Positions 38,568 through 52,196 of a DNA stretch of 64,000 nt are shown piece by piece. The notes under the pieces are model-generated. The model saw only the letters and a program-made list of their open reading frames with translations, was not told where the DNA came from and did not search any database. Numbering within the stretch: the first letter of the stretch is position 1; every line of letters starts with the position of its first letter. This DNA comes from Squalus acanthias. Its lineage: Eukaryota. The position numbers were made by a program, and so were the translations under genes. The stretch covers positions 56,296,001 to 56,360,000 of the forward strand of contig CM059446.1 of assembly GCA_030390025.1 (NCBI GenBank), given 5' to 3'.

Positions 38568-39012
38568 CTTCAACTTGCAATTTTTTTGATAGCGTATTTC
38601 ACAACCTCAGGATGTTCCAAAGCGCTTCACAGCCAATTAAGTACCTTTGAAGTGTAACCAGTGTAAGGAAACATCAGCAGCCAATTTGCACACAGCAAGG
38701 TCCTGCAAACAGCAAGGAGATAAATGACGAGGCAATCTGTCTTTTTGTAATGTTGATTGAGGGATAAATATTGATCAGGACACTGGGAGAACTCCCCTGC
38801 TGGTCTTCAAATAGTATCATGGGATATTTTACATTCACCTGAGAGGGCAGACATCTCTTGGTTTAACATCTCTTCTGAAAGACAGCACCTTCAACTGTAC
38901 AGCTCTTCCGCAGTACTGCACCCAAATGTCAGCCCTAGATAATGTGCTTAAGTCCTGAAGTGGGCCTTGAACCCACAACCTTCTGACACAAGAGTGCTAC
39001 CATTGAGTCAAA
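38568..39012 (-). mobile_element. Deu-SINE near full length
   Basis: Colinear with 17121-17586. Confidence 0.8.
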
Positions 39013-39024
39013 AATGGTTATATC

Positions 39025-39385
39025 GAAGGAAGATCCCAGGTCTGATCACTGGTCTGTGCTGTATCAGTTAAAATCAGGTTGTGTAATAGTGGGGTTATTA
39101 CCATTGGTCTTAGCGTCATCAGGCTAAGGAGAAGGAGAGGGAGAGAAAAAGCAAAATCAGCCAGGGTTTATGTGCCTGATCCTTGTCCAGTGACCTCCTG
39201 CTGGTAAGTGTGCCTGTGGTTAGGACATGATCAGACTCAGCTGTGGTGGTTTCATGGTCCAACAGCCTGCCAAGACTCATTGTCTAGGTTGATCCATGAG
39301 GAAGTACTGCATCCTATGCCTGTGGAACATCACCTGAGCATGAACCATTACTTTCAGGAGAGGAAGGGGAGAAAACTGGGGAAAA
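39025..39385 (+). mobile_element. AmnSINE2-like SINE
   Basis: ggtctgtgctg...aatcagccagggtt...tccagtgacctcctgctgg motifs. Confidence 0.65.
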
Positions 39386-40734
39386 ACACACTGCTAAAGT
39401 TGAGCCAGGATCCTGAAAAGCTACAGTGGCATACAAGTGTACAAATGCACAATGTGTTCATCTGAAATTCCTCCAGTGAAGATGTCAATTAATAAATTAA
39501 TTAATTAATATTTCTGTTAAAATAGCAGAAAGAGTAATTTCAGATGACTCTGTTAAGCATGCATCCATTAAACCTCACTGTGCAATTTCCAACCTCACTA
39601 GAATAGTACTTATTATTGCACAGTCCAAGATGAGTTGTATGTGCAGACAAAAATTCAGAAATCATTATATAAACCTGTACTGTGACTGAATAGGATGTTC
39701 CCATTCATATATAACAGCACTATCTGCACAAAATCTTTATGTCTGGGGTTGTATTAATGCAAGGTAATCATTTTAAGATGTATAATCTCCTGCCATTTTA
39801 ATCCACTGGTTTATAATATGAAATAACGATCCAACCTCAAAGATTACATTTTCAAGAAACAATGCGTGTTTCTTGACAGGGATTGAGAATAAACAGAATG
39901 TTGGGCAGCTCTGATTTATAACGATCTTGAGAAACAGCCCCTGTAGGTTAAACACAAGGGATCCTGTCTCTTTTTAAAAAAGACAAAGTCCAGAGTTGTT
40001 TAAGCCTCAAGGCAATAAACTAATGCCAATTACTGGAGCCAAGGGATTATGGTTATGGTAAAGATTGGGTTTAGGCTTAAATCACCTATAGGGGGAAAAA
40101 ATGGTGCAAGATACTTGACAAAAATGAAGTGTCCAGACTGGGGCTAAGGGGAAGGGTACTTTGCTGCCTTTAGATTTAGATAAGTAGGCATCAAAAGCCA
40201 GTGTTGGATAAAGTTTTGAAGTTATTTGCTACTTGGCATACGGAACTGAACGGAAGATTGCTGGCATCACTTTCCAATGGTGCTCATCAACATATACTCA
40301 ATTGACATAAAATGCATGGGAAAATGACATTATCTGCTTGCATGTGAAGAAAATTTGATGCTCCTTCCTTCGGAGAGTATAACAATCACCATTTAAAAAA
40401 AAACTTTATAAATTTACTCCATTTATGAAAATCTGATTCTGTTGCCCAGGTATAGCATTCTAACATTATTCCAATGGTGATCTGAATGTTTGGAAGCAGA
40501 TGAACAACACTATAATAAACATTTCTCCCTCTTTTCCTTACCTAATCGGTTGTACAGTGCCCTTTCCACCTCCTGGACTTGGGTTCAAGTTCAGAAATCA
40601 GAATCCTGCTCCCACTGGGAGATGAGGTCACAGAACATAAACAGCTATCTGACTCATCACTAGCTGGGACTGAGACCATGAAAACAGATACAAACCATAC
40701 ACATAATATTGGGGTTTGGTGCTCTCAGTTCATG

Positions 40735-40875
40735 GAATCATAGAATTTTACAGCACAGGAGGCCATTCAGCTCCTCGCACCCATGTCAACTCCCTGAAAG
40801 AGCAAACCACTTGGTATCATTCCCCTGCCCTTTCCCCATACTGTTTAAATGTTTCCTTTTCAAATATTTATCGAC
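40735..40875 (-). mobile_element. CR1 3' tail fragment
   Basis: atcatagaattttacagcacaggaggccattcag tail. Confidence 0.7.
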
Positions 40876-40879
40876 CTCC

Positions 40880-41167
40880 CCATCGCCTAACTGTGATATT
40901 CTCCATTCCTCCTCAGCCCACTTATGCTGTCCATGAAGTCCACCACATGCTCCTTTGATCCCCTCCCTTGTCAGGTCCTTACCACCTAGCTTCACCTCCT
41001 CACCTGATGCTTGATGACGCATCAACCAGTCTTTCTCATCCGGTACTGTCTCCACTTCCATTAAAGGCACCGTTATCACTCCCATCCTCAAGAAACCCAT
41101 TCTACCCCTGCCTCTCTCCAACTACTGTCTTATATCAAATCATTCCCTTCTTCTCCAAATTCCTGGA
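40880..41167 (+). mobile_element. L2 LINE ORF2 internal fragment
   Basis: Translates to INQSFSSGTVSTSIKGTVITPILKKP...LSNY..IS..PFFSKFL, the pre-RT motif of L2. Confidence 0.7.
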
Positions 41168-41435
41168 TAAATCCAATAGGGAATTCAGGAGAAATTTCTT
41201 TACACAAAGAGAGGTAACCATGTGGAATTCGTTACAAGGAGTAGTTGAGGCGAATAGCTTAGATGCATTTAAGGGGAAGCTAGATAAGCACATGATGGAG
41301 AAAGGAATTGAAGAATATGCTGATAGGGTTAGAGGTAGAGGGGTGGGAGGAGGCTCGTGTGGAGCATAAACATCAGCATAGACCAGTTGGGCCGAATGGC
41401 CTGTTTCTGTGCTGTAGACTCTGTAATTCTATGTA
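41168..41435 (+). mobile_element. CR1/HER1 3' fragment
   Basis: REFRRNFFTQREVTMWNSL...AFKGKLD plus tail. Confidence 0.85.
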
Positions 41436-42739
41436 AGAGAATGCCACAGTATATATAAACATATGGTTGCTTCCTTGGCTACCACATGTTAGTGATATGG
41501 AACCTCACAGGATATCAGAGTCCAACATGGACCTTGCTGGATACCAGTTATTTTGTCCGATGAAAAACAAAAAAAACCATCCTCCATATCATGTTTACAG
41601 ATATTGAAAATAATAAAAGTAGATATCTATATAGTATTAAAAATAGTTTGTGGCCACAACATTGCAATGGCATTGTGCTTGTAGGTGATGCTGAGGATCA
41701 CATTAATGTGACCCATTAAGTAGTGAGGACTGACTAATGTTATGTGACTATGCACTGTATTTACCATGCACATCCCTTTTATTGCACTTCAGAGCTGTTT
41801 AGTCAAGCAAACTAAAGCAATGACCTCTTAATTGATGATTTTTACTGCTGCCCTGTAGCCATTCTGATAATCTTTGTAGTGAATTGCACTTTATATACCG
41901 TTTATGTTCTGGCCCTGTTCTTGATTCCAGTGCAAGGTGTGATCTTCCCTTTCTCAGCATATCAGAAACAACATCGCTGTTATCCATCCTGTCCTCAGGG
42001 TAAGTAATTCCATTCTGCTGAAACCTTCCCATCACAATCCCATGATCCCCTGACAAACAAACCCCTTTCCTGTATAGGTCAACTAGCCCGTATCTGCACG
42101 TGCCACTGAAGACCTCAAATGTAGCCACACCCCTTTCAGCAGCAAAATGGCCCTATCCCCGCATCCCTCACAAAAGAGCAAGAAAGCCACCCATTTCCCC
42201 CCATATAAAAACATAAACAGCCTGCACCTTCACCCACCACTGAAGACCTCATACCTTAAATAAACAAGTAACATTACAGTAACCACTTCTTTGTTTCGGT
42301 ATTGTTTTTGCTACTTCCATGGCTAGCTTTGAAAATTAATCACCTCAGTGCTCACTTTATGAAAGATGAAATACAATTTTACTAATAAATATGTTGATGT
42401 GTTTGTGTAATTTATGTTTGCAAATGGGTCCCTATCTTAGTGTTAGTATGATTAAAGCTAATCATTAGTGCTCTCAGCACACTAGGGATGAAGCCATTTC
42501 AGGTGTGCAAGAAGTAATTTTTAGTCATTTTATATATATAAAGAAAGAGAGCAGAGTGGAAGATTAAAATGTGAGCCTAAGGGAGGTTTGTTGAGACAAA
42601 AGTGTAATTTTTTCAAATTGAATTCAGTATTTCTGTACCCAGTCACCTAAAAATTAAATGATTACCAATTATTCACTTACAGCCAACAATGTTAAAACAC
42701 AATGACTCTTTTTCATTAAAAGTTTGTATGTTTGGGAGG

Positions 42740-43370
42740 AACTGGGTGGTGGAAGTAGGTTAGACACTGTCCTTTCAACTCTGGGACCTAGGTTCAAATC
42801 CAGCTTAGATTAGGGTTGTAAACTCTGGTTGACCGTATTCCAGCAGGTTTCATCACATGACGCCATGGCCCTGCTCTCGCCACTGATCACTTGATAATGC
42901 CGGCTCTTTGGTAGAGCTATCCAATTAGTCCCCCTGCTCTTTCCCCATAGCACTATTTTTTTTCCCCTTCAAGTATTTATCCAATTTCCTTTTGAAAGTA
43001 CTATTGAATCTTCTTCCACCGCCCTTTTAGGCAGTGCATTCCAGATCACAACTCGCTGTGTAAAAAAAAAGTTTCCTCATGTCGCCTCTGGATCTTCTGT
43101 CAATCACCTTAAATCTGTGTCCTCTAGTTACTGACCCTTCTGCCATTGGAAACAGTTTCTCCTTATTTACTCTATCAAAGCCGTTCATCATTTCGAACAC
43201 CTCTATCAAATCTCCCCTTAACCGTCTCTGCTCTTAGGCGAACAACTCCAGCTTTTCCACATAATTGAAGTCCCGCATCCCTGGTGCCATTCTAGTAGAG
43301 GGAGCTTTACTTTGCATCTGGTTGTGCTGTACCTGATTTGAGGTAGGAAGAGTTCCATTCCCCACAACCT
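42740..43370 (+). mobile_element. LF-SINE-like remnant interrupted by a CR1 fragment
   Basis: Head cctttcaactctgggacctaggttcaaatccagc and tail gtgctgtacctg resemble recalled LF-SINE; similar head at about 40545-40680. Confidence 0.45.
42895..43297 (-). mobile_element. CR1/HER1 3' fragment
   Basis: IEVFEMMNGFDRVNKEKLFP.AEGSVTRGHRFKV. Confidence 0.88.
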
Positions 43371-43734
43371 TCTATATATATATATTTGTAATTTATGTGA
43401 GTTGTGGGAAATGGAACATTTATTTCTTGTACATGGTGTTTATCCTAAATGAAAGTTACACTTAAAAAACAATGAGCAGAGACATTTTCCACTCAGCTTT
43501 TGAAGACTGATCAAATCCTGTATTCTGCTGCTCAATGTGTTTTGAAGCCAAACATCCTTAAGTCGCGCACTTCCTAAACTGTTTAATCACTACTGAATTT
43601 GCTGGGCTCGTGATTGTTTAAATTTAATAAAAATGGACTAACTCTTAATTGCAATAGTGAAAGGGAGTACAAACACAAAGCTGTTGTGAAAATAAAAAGG
43701 AATTATTGATCTGAACACGGGCTTTAAAATGTAC

Positions 43735-44100
43735 TGGACAGTTGGTATATGTCCTGCCTGGTGTGGTATGGAGCCACACAGACCAAGATGGACCCAGGTT
43801 TGATCCCTGGTCTCTGCTGAGTTAGCTGATAACATCCAGTTTGGCAGTGAGGTGTTGCAATTGTTCTGAGTGCCCTTACATACAGGGTTGGGTGGGGAAA
43901 GAACAAAAAAAAAGGTGCTCCCGTTCTGATCCATGGAAAGTTTGCAAAGGCAAGGAGCAGACCAGGCTTGAATCTGCCAATATTCACATGCAAATAGCCA
44001 CTTGAGCCACATTGCATGGGTGTCAGACACACTACAGTATCACCGCCTTTAAGAGAGGTGAGCAATTTTAGGCGGGGTGGGGTGGAGAGAGAAAGAGAAG
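43735..44100 (+). mobile_element. AmnSINE2-like SINE
   Basis: cccaggtttgatccctggtctctgctgagttagctga hallmark. Confidence 0.6.
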
Positions 44101-45554
44101 AAAAAAAAATCAGAAATGTTGTGGCTATGGTAGCGAGAGAGGTTCGGGTGGGATGACAGGTGGTTTCATCAAATGCATGTGTTTCATACTAACTCTTCAG
44201 CTTGTAACAATTGGAGTACTTTAGATGACGCATTGCAGAACTTAAGTGCGTCAGTGTACAGAAAAAAATATATATTCAAGATTCATCATTAAAAAGTACA
44301 TATTTACTTTATTACTTTAGCTATTTATTTAGGATAAGCAAATTAATATGTATTATTAGTAATCCAACCCACATAAAAATTTCCAGCTGTGGATTCTTAC
44401 ATTTACATACAGATAGATTGGGTCTATGTTTTTAATATGAATGCAGTGAGTATTCCGTTGCAGCACAACTGCACCCAACAGAATAGGAATTGAATCAGCA
44501 TGAGATAATCAAGTGTCTCTGATAAAGTATTAGCCGACACATTGATCCAAACATAAGATGCAGGCTTTCTTTGTGACCTAATTCTGTTCTATGCATAGAT
44601 TCCATTAAATGGCAGCCAGCTTTCGAGAGCTTCTGGAAAATACAATTAATACACCTCAGAGCGGTTGATGCACTGGGTTCAGAGCCGGCCTGAATATTTA
44701 TATGTAAGTCATCGTGTGTGCTAAAGATAGTTTAACTGAGCTTTTCTTCCAACAGTGGTGAAGCAATCCTCACAGATGTGAATACAATTCAAAATGGTAA
44801 ATGAAGAGAAGCTTGAAAATTACTAGTGGTCAGTAAGGTTTTGTAAACCTTAAACAGTGCTATTAAATAAAGGAACGGGTAACTGTACTGTCATGTATGA
44901 TTTTTAAACTACAGGACGAACCTAATCAATGAATCCCAGTCTGTGCTGAGGTATCTGATTTTAGCCAGGGCAGCAAAATAGTTCATACAATTGGTCTCAG
45001 CACCCATGGGCTCGTGGGGGAATAAAGAAAGACAACAGCACAGCAAGTTTGGACTCGCTTGCGATGCTCCATAGTTAAATAGTCTGAGAGTGCATGCAAA
45101 ATGGCGGCTTGGGTAAGGTGCTGCAAGGTTCCCAGCACGCTTGGAACTGTACCTGAACATAAGTAACCATCTTGACAAGGGGAAAAAAACTGGGGACGGT
45201 GTGGGAGAAGATAAAATTTTTGAAAGTGCTGCTAATGCAAAACTCCCTCTTTAATTGCAATGACTCAGATAGTGTGAAATCTATGTTCAATGTTCAGATG
45301 ACAACTCCTCTCAATACTGGGAAGTTACTGCTTCCTATTCATTCCAGAGGGAAGTGAATTACTGTTCAAAATCATCCGCTGGCAAATTTCAAATTGCTTC
45401 ATTTGATTTTCTGCTGCATGGGAGCAACACAGCAACAATTAAAAGGCCACAACAGCCAAGAGTGTAGTTACAAGATGCCATCACAGCCTGCTGAAGGCAT
45501 ACATCCAAGAAGCGAGAACAACTGTCTTTAAATGAAAATGTTTTGTATTCATTT

Positions 45555-45945
45555 TTTTCCTTTCTTAAATTTACTCTCCCTCTCTGCTGAGAATGTTGAC
45601 TCTTGCTGGTGTTTAGCCCCATGGGCACAAGCTGCCCCTAGTACTTCACTGAGTGACCATCCTTCACCTCTGAGCCCAAACACCGACTGTGGGAAGGATA
45701 TTTGATTGCAGAGAGCATCACAGCTGAGCCGGATATTGTCCAATTCTGAGGTGCCAGCAGAGATTACTAGATGGCAATCAGGAGTGTGAACTCTTTCTGA
45801 ACCCCTGCCTAGCTGAAAGGCACTGAGGCCAATCACAGCATCCTTACTGCCAGCCCAGCTGACAGCAGGTAACTCAATGCGAACCATTTGAAACCTTCTG
45901 GTCTGTATGGCTCAGTGAACCTACTTACTGAACCATTGGGAGAGC
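45555..45945 (-). mobile_element. AmnSINE2-like SINE, diverged
   Basis: Colinear with other copies. Confidence 0.55.
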
Positions 45946-48900
45946 AGTTTTGCATTAATTGTTTCCCCCCGTATTTTTCCAGCCCGCGACTTCATTAATA
46001 TTAAATCCTATTTGAACTGTTAAAATTCACTAGTCAATCACATGATCCTCATAACCTTTAGCACATGTTATCTTACATAATCTTATAACATTATAGCGAG
46101 TGGTTACGGTACTAGACTAGCAAACCAGAGGTCTTGCCATCCCGTCACAGGAAGTTGTGAAACTGAATTAAATGAATCTGTTCATTTATGGGCTGGCAAA
46201 CAAACAAAATGATCTAAATGTCGTCAAATCCAACTGGTTCACCAATACCACTGGAAGGGAACCTGCCACCCCTAGCCGGTCTGGCCCATATAAGACACTG
46301 GTTCACGCTATGTGGTTGATTCTTAATGCCCTCTGAAGTGGCCTAGCATGTCCTCAATTGTACAAACAATTACTACCCAAGAAGTCAGCCCACCACCTTC
46401 TTCGGACAATTAGAGGCAAGGTTACCCACATCCCAAGAACAAAAAAAAAAGTAAGCTTTTCAGCTGAGGTTCTTAACCGAGACTGGGCCTTGGCATTCTA
46501 ATGAAATTAAATACTGCACTATTAAATCATTTAAAAAAAAAGTTAGAGATAATTATTATGCACCCCCTTCCCCAGTTTTCGCCCCTCTTCTCTTGAAGGT
46601 GATCGCGGCTCATGTTGAGGTGCAGGCTGTTCTCTGGTACATTGTCCAAGTGTGTGAAGGGTCCCACCCGAAATGCCTTTCTCTTTCAAATGCTGATGGT
46701 CCTACTGTGCACTTCCAGCGTTTTCTGTTTTTATTTCGGATTTTCAGCATTCTCAGTTTCTTTTTATTATTTCATATATACACAACTGTAGTTTTATATC
46801 AAAGGCACATCGCATTCAAACTTGGTTTCTGTGCTATGGATGTACGTAGGTTGAACCCAAGCTTTGGTGCTACTCACTGAACTCGGGCACCACCCAGTAA
46901 AACCACACGTGCATTACTGTTATTTAAACCGGACCCATAAAAGTCGGCTTGAATTTAATCACCACAATGCATCTTTAGTGAAACATCACTCATTTCATGG
47001 TGAGCTTAGTGTTTTAAATTGCTTATTTAAGCCTGTGCAGTTTCCCCAATTTCACACTTTTATGATAAATTTTTCCCCTCGAGGTGAAAGGGTCCAGGTT
47101 CACGAACGGTGGATTAATCCCTGAATCCCATTGAACAAGAAGCACGCATGCAAACCAGCCTGAATTGAATGGCAATAAAGGGTTTATTTTGGATGGATTC
47201 GAACCATTTCAGAGGTGCAAAAATGCTCCCAAATTTCATCATTCTGCCGAGTGAATGAAATTGCATTGCACTTATAAGCTGTGATTTATATTTATGCTCC
47301 AGCTCCTCTTAGTAAAGACTGTCTCTTTGCTGAAAAGGGGCTTTACTGCAGAAATGTAATTAACAAACTCACAGAATGTTGCCACTTAAAATGGTCAGAA
47401 CTACTTGTATTTGAATTATAATGGCTGCCTGCCGCTTGATTAGAGAGAGTGACTTTAAGACAAAAGTGCTAAATACAACAGCAGTTTCAGCTGCTCCAGA
47501 GAAGAAACATTGCAAGCAGTATAGACGAGTGCAACAAAAATAACAACAGGAGATAAAGTGAGGAGAGGCACAGTATAATTATTATTTACTAGTTCTGCTG
47601 GATGCCACAGATATTCTTAACAGCTTGTTCATTGTCAAATCAACAAACAGTGCTGAATAAATGACCTATTGGGAATTATTCTCCGGCAGCATTCCTCCCC
47701 CTTGCTGGATGTCATTTACAATCAGTGAAGGCTGCCTCAAAGCTGACAGCAGCTCCCTGAAAGCCCTGCAGACTCCGGTTCTTTACCAGCGACTCCTGAG
47801 TCTATCTTCAAAATGAACATGATAAAATCTTGTGCAATTCTCTGATTCATAAAGATCTCCTTTTTTGGCTGGCAGAAACCCTATAGGATCCTAAATGGCA
47901 GATTATAAATCCTGTGTTTTATTTATATTTTACATGCAGATCATTTCTATAGTACTACTGCTTTAAAAAAAACAGTGGGCTCGATATGCTGCATTTGTAT
48001 GAAAAATGCTGCAAAAAAGTTTGATTTAAAAAAAATGTCTTGATGTTGCAGGTAGACTTGACAGTAAATCCCTACAATGGCTTTATACAAAAATTGTACT
48101 TATATGTTTTAAAAAGACAAACTATTATATAAATGGTTGACCTCTTGATCAAAACTGTCATCTTTGTTGGCACGGAAACACAATGACATAGATTGAGTGC
48201 AAAAAGGTTGGGCTGGATATTCTTGTTATCCCACTGAAAATTGGATGGGATAGTGGAGGAAAAGGGGACAAAATCAAGCAGCAAGGCTTACTGCGACATT
48301 TCCGCTTCAGGTAAATTTCCTCCCCCTGTTGAGACTTTCACTGGCCACCCCTTCCATGCCTGCTGTATGTAAATACAAGTGAGTTTTGTGGGGGGGGGGG
48401 GCGGAGAAAGAGTGTGAGGCTGGCCTCCCATCTTATTTCCCTCCTGCCTGCCCTTGTTACTGCGTGCTATGAAACATATCAAATGACCTATAGAGATATA
48501 TTTGTACTAGGTGGTATACAATAGGGTGTAGCCAGAGACAGCTTTAGCAAGGATATATCTTATGAATCTGAACCCAGATGTTGCTGAGAGCATAAATGGG
48601 CAAGTCAGATTTCCCATTTTGTTAACACACGTTCTAGCAACACTGGTTCCAGAAGTCATGCCCATGAACTTCTGCGTACGAGGGACAAGGCATCAGGTGA
48701 CGACTGCACCTGGGAAGGTGTTCTGCAAGCAGTTGAAGTAGTGCGTGAAGCTTTGTCGATGGTATTATGTGCAGACCTTTTTGGACTGAAATAAATAGCT
48801 GCAATAACGCTTGTATTCCAAAAACATCTTCCTCCTGTTGCAGAGGATGGATTCTGGCAGAGAAGACCAGCTTTATCAAGTTCCAATGGGCTACCTGCCT

Positions 48901-48954
48901 TTGGACTGTCTCGAGTCAAGAAGCAAAAGATGGGTTTTCTCTTTATTGTACAAA

Positions 48955-49130
48955 GAAACTGCAAATGCTGGAAATCTGAAGCAGAAACACAAAATGCAGG
49001 AAATACACAGCAGGTTAGTCAGCATCCATAAGAAGACGATGAGTTAAGCTTCTGGGTTCTACTTGAAACATTAACTTGTCTTTTCCCTCTAATGGTACTG
49101 ATTGACCTGCTGTTTCAGGAATTTCTCTGT
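48955..49130. mobile_element. Old degenerate palindromic repeat, probably a second Penelope-derived family
   Basis: aaatacacagcaggttagtcagcatc...gttaa faces ttaac...tactgattgacctgctgttt. Related single arms at about 46655-46770 and 19230-19275. Confidence 0.5.
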
Positions 49131-50254
49131 AGCTTGCCAAACAAAGCTCCAATATATCAGAAGGCAGATACAATCTTTGCAGAGCATGAAAACTACTGAC
49201 AGTAACAAACAGTGTCAAATTTTCTTGAGAGTTCCTATTGTTCGGTGAATTTTTGCAACAAACTCTGCCAATTGTCTGCAGATTTATTTCAGATAGGATT
49301 CCCAAAAAAAACAGCATAAATGTTTGTAGTTAGAGCGAGTAGTGATTGGTGGACAACCTTGTGGTTTAATTTTTGGCATCGTTTTTGCCTTGAAATGACA
49401 ATGCATTCTCTTGTAGTCACTAATTTAAGCATAACTTAAGCTTTTGATTTTAGGTTCAATCTCAAGCATCAACTGAAAGATAAACTCCAAAATTAGGATT
49501 AAACATGGTGGATCCTGGAAATGTCAACTTTGGCATTTTACAGTTCCGGTGTGATGCATGCAGCCACTTTTCCCGTTTGGCACAGGGAGCACTTCATATT
49601 CTCGCCATAACAATGGGCGGTATTACTGTAGAGCGCAACTTTAGTTGCCTATGCAACATACAGATGGTTAAATGAAGTTCAGGGAAGAGAAGGAAGGCAC
49701 TGAAGAGGTTGCTAATGAGATAAGGCATTCTACTTTTGAAGGCAGTTTTAGGTGCTTATTATCTATTTAAATTATTGTATTTGTTCCTTCCAAATTATTT
49801 TATTGAAAATTGTTAGTACTGAAGCTATTCTGCTGATTAAACCCAATTTTCTGATTACAAACATATTGCCTTATTTTTGACTTGAGGCAGCATGGATTTG
49901 CTTGCAGCTGATTTTTTGACCCAAGTTCAAAAAAAACCCAAATATCAGATGGCTTATTCATATTACAGTTGCTCCCACTGGCATATTACAATAAACAAAG
50001 TCTATTATGGGACTTTGGCCAGAAAACAAGTAAAACCAAGCATAAACAGAACAAAAAACAACCAATACTCATGAGTGCCCATGTGCTGCATTTAGACACT
50101 TAGTGGCACACTGATCACAAGTTTTTCCAAAATGTGCTGTGTACAGTATTCCAGAAGGGAAAAGGACACAGCCAGACAACTTTCCAGAGGAAGAGAAGAA
50201 GCAATGGAAGGATGACAGGTGCATCAGGCTGCACCAGACATAGACTACACCCAT

Positions 50255-50600
50255 CTGGCAGTACCCTCCATCCACATTTATAGATAGAGGCACAACTTCC
50301 TGGCAGTGACCTGCAGAATTAGCTACACAAACCCTGGGGCAGCAGACAGCCAGATGCAGAGCTGTGTGATCTGCTGCAAATACAGATCCAGCCAACATGA
50401 ACTATCAGTGGCAGGGACAGTCAGCTGCACCCTCAATTCTGATTCCTTCACCGCCTTTCAGATATGCTGCAATGTTGCCTATGGCGAGGGCTCCTTGGAG
50501 TGGCAAGGAGAGCTACACTCCTTGCTACCAGCTCATTCTGTGCCACCTTTATTCCACCAGCTATCAAACACAGGGTTGGAGTGCTGTGCAATCCATCGTT
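50255..50600 (+). pseudogene. Fossil PIF/Harbinger transposase fragment
   Basis: Across frameshifts: YPP.HIYR*RHNFL, AELCDLLQIQIQP, ELSVAGTVSCTLNSDSFTAFQ, HSVPPLF, QTQGW. These follow the order of recalled Harbinger motifs VYR.R.S.L, ELC.LL...L.P, ALPVAVKVT.ALNF.ASGSFQ, SSVP.LF, GWLLGD. Confidence 0.55.
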
Positions 50601-51411
50601 TGGACAGTCCGAGTTTCCTGCCTTCACAATTATTGTGCCAGACAGCCATTTTATTGACCCGAACAACCTTTGTAAAGGCTGAAATATACATTAAAATATT
50701 AGCATCATTTGTAAAGGTTACCAACATTTCTGTTCCCATATGTAGCCATTTACCTTTAAGTAGCTGCATCCCTTTAAATTTACCCATCACCTGGTATAAT
50801 CAGCTCTTTAAGGGCTACTTAACATGATTTTTCTGCTTCCTTCTGGCAAGCCCCCAATGCCAGGCCCAATATGCATTGAAAGCTTACCCACAAAATCAGG
50901 CAGGGTCATCACACTAAGGTCAGGCAGGGTGCTAATAACACACTGCTTGACTAACACTGGATTGGAAATTCTGCCCTGTATATGAAGCACTTCGAGATGT
51001 TTCTGAAGATGTAGTAAGGTGCGATGTAAATGCAAGTCATTCTGTGATCTCTTATTAAAAATACACAAGTAATAATTTTATTAAAATTATCATGTGCTGT
51101 TGTGCCTTGCCTGCCTTCTCCACTGTCCCCTCTACTCTTCAACTGAATTTGAAAAAATGGATTTAAAAGGTCAGTGAAAGTGAAAGAGAGAAAAAAAATT
51201 CTTAAACTGGCACAGTATTCAGATCCATGATGGTAACTGAACACAGGTTTCTGCTTAATCCTGATTAAAAACATTTCTGGTCATCCATACATCATGATAC
51301 TGAGCAAAAGCCTATGTCAAATGCTGTGAGGTACCCCCTATTGGAAATAAAACAGAGTATGTGGTTGTACACATCATCTGTAATGGGTCCTAAACCCACA
51401 AGAGATAATTC

Positions 51412-51720
51412 ACACAGAATCACAGAATCCCCACAGTGCAGATAGAGGCCATTTCGGCCCATCGAGCCTGCACTGACACATATCCCACCCTATCCCCGTA
51501 ACCCCACGTATTTAATCCCCCTAACACTAAGGGTCAATTTATCATAGCCAAATCAACCTAACCCGCACATCTTTGGACTGTGGGAGGAAACCGGAGCACC
51601 CGGAGGAAACCCACGCAGACACGGGGAGAATGTGCAAACTCCACACAGACAGTCACCCGAGGCCGGATTCGAACTCGGGTCTCTGGCGCTGTGAGGCAAC
51701 AGTGCTAACCACTACGCCAC
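51412..51720 (-). mobile_element. HE1-type V-SINE
   Basis: tRNA-like head (GTGGCGTAGTGGTTAGC, GAGTTCGAATCC), V-domain GTGGGTTTCCTCCGGGTGCTCCGGTTTCCTCCCACAGTCCAAAGA, HER1-like tail with ATTCTGTG repeats. Confidence 0.92.
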
Positions 51721-52039
51721 AATTCTGAGAAGAACCATGCCATTCTGATCACATGCTTTGCTCATGAGCTGAAAAGATCCAGAAACGTGCCACTGCTTTA
51801 CATTGCAGTGCCCAGAATTAGTCCCAACAAGAAATCTATCCAAGTGGTGGGTTTATTTTATGTCAGGACTACATCAAAATGCAGAACTTGTCTCATATAT
51901 GCTGAGTGCAACGAGGGGACAATTTTAGGCAGATATAGGATCTGCTCATTCATAAGTCACTTGGAGGTCAGAACACAGCAGATGCTTGTCTTAAAGCAAA
52001 CCATGTCCCCACTCTACAATAAGCAATAATAACTCATGG

Positions 52040-52196
52040 ACATAAGAACATAAAAATTAGAAGCAGCAGTAGGCCATACGGCCCCTCAAGCCTGTGCCGC
52101 CATTCAATAAGATCATGGCTGATCTTCTACCTCAACTCTGCTTTCCTTCCCGATCCCCACATCCCTCGATTCCCCTAGAGTCCAAAAATCTATCTA
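52040..52196 (-). mobile_element. CR1/HER1 3' tail
   Basis: Matches 13407-13560. Confidence 0.85.

Noticed and set aside
50306-50827. 173-aa ORF as a novel gene
   Set aside because: Non-ATG start, antisense to MAP2K5, and the informative motifs switch frames, consistent with transposase debris.
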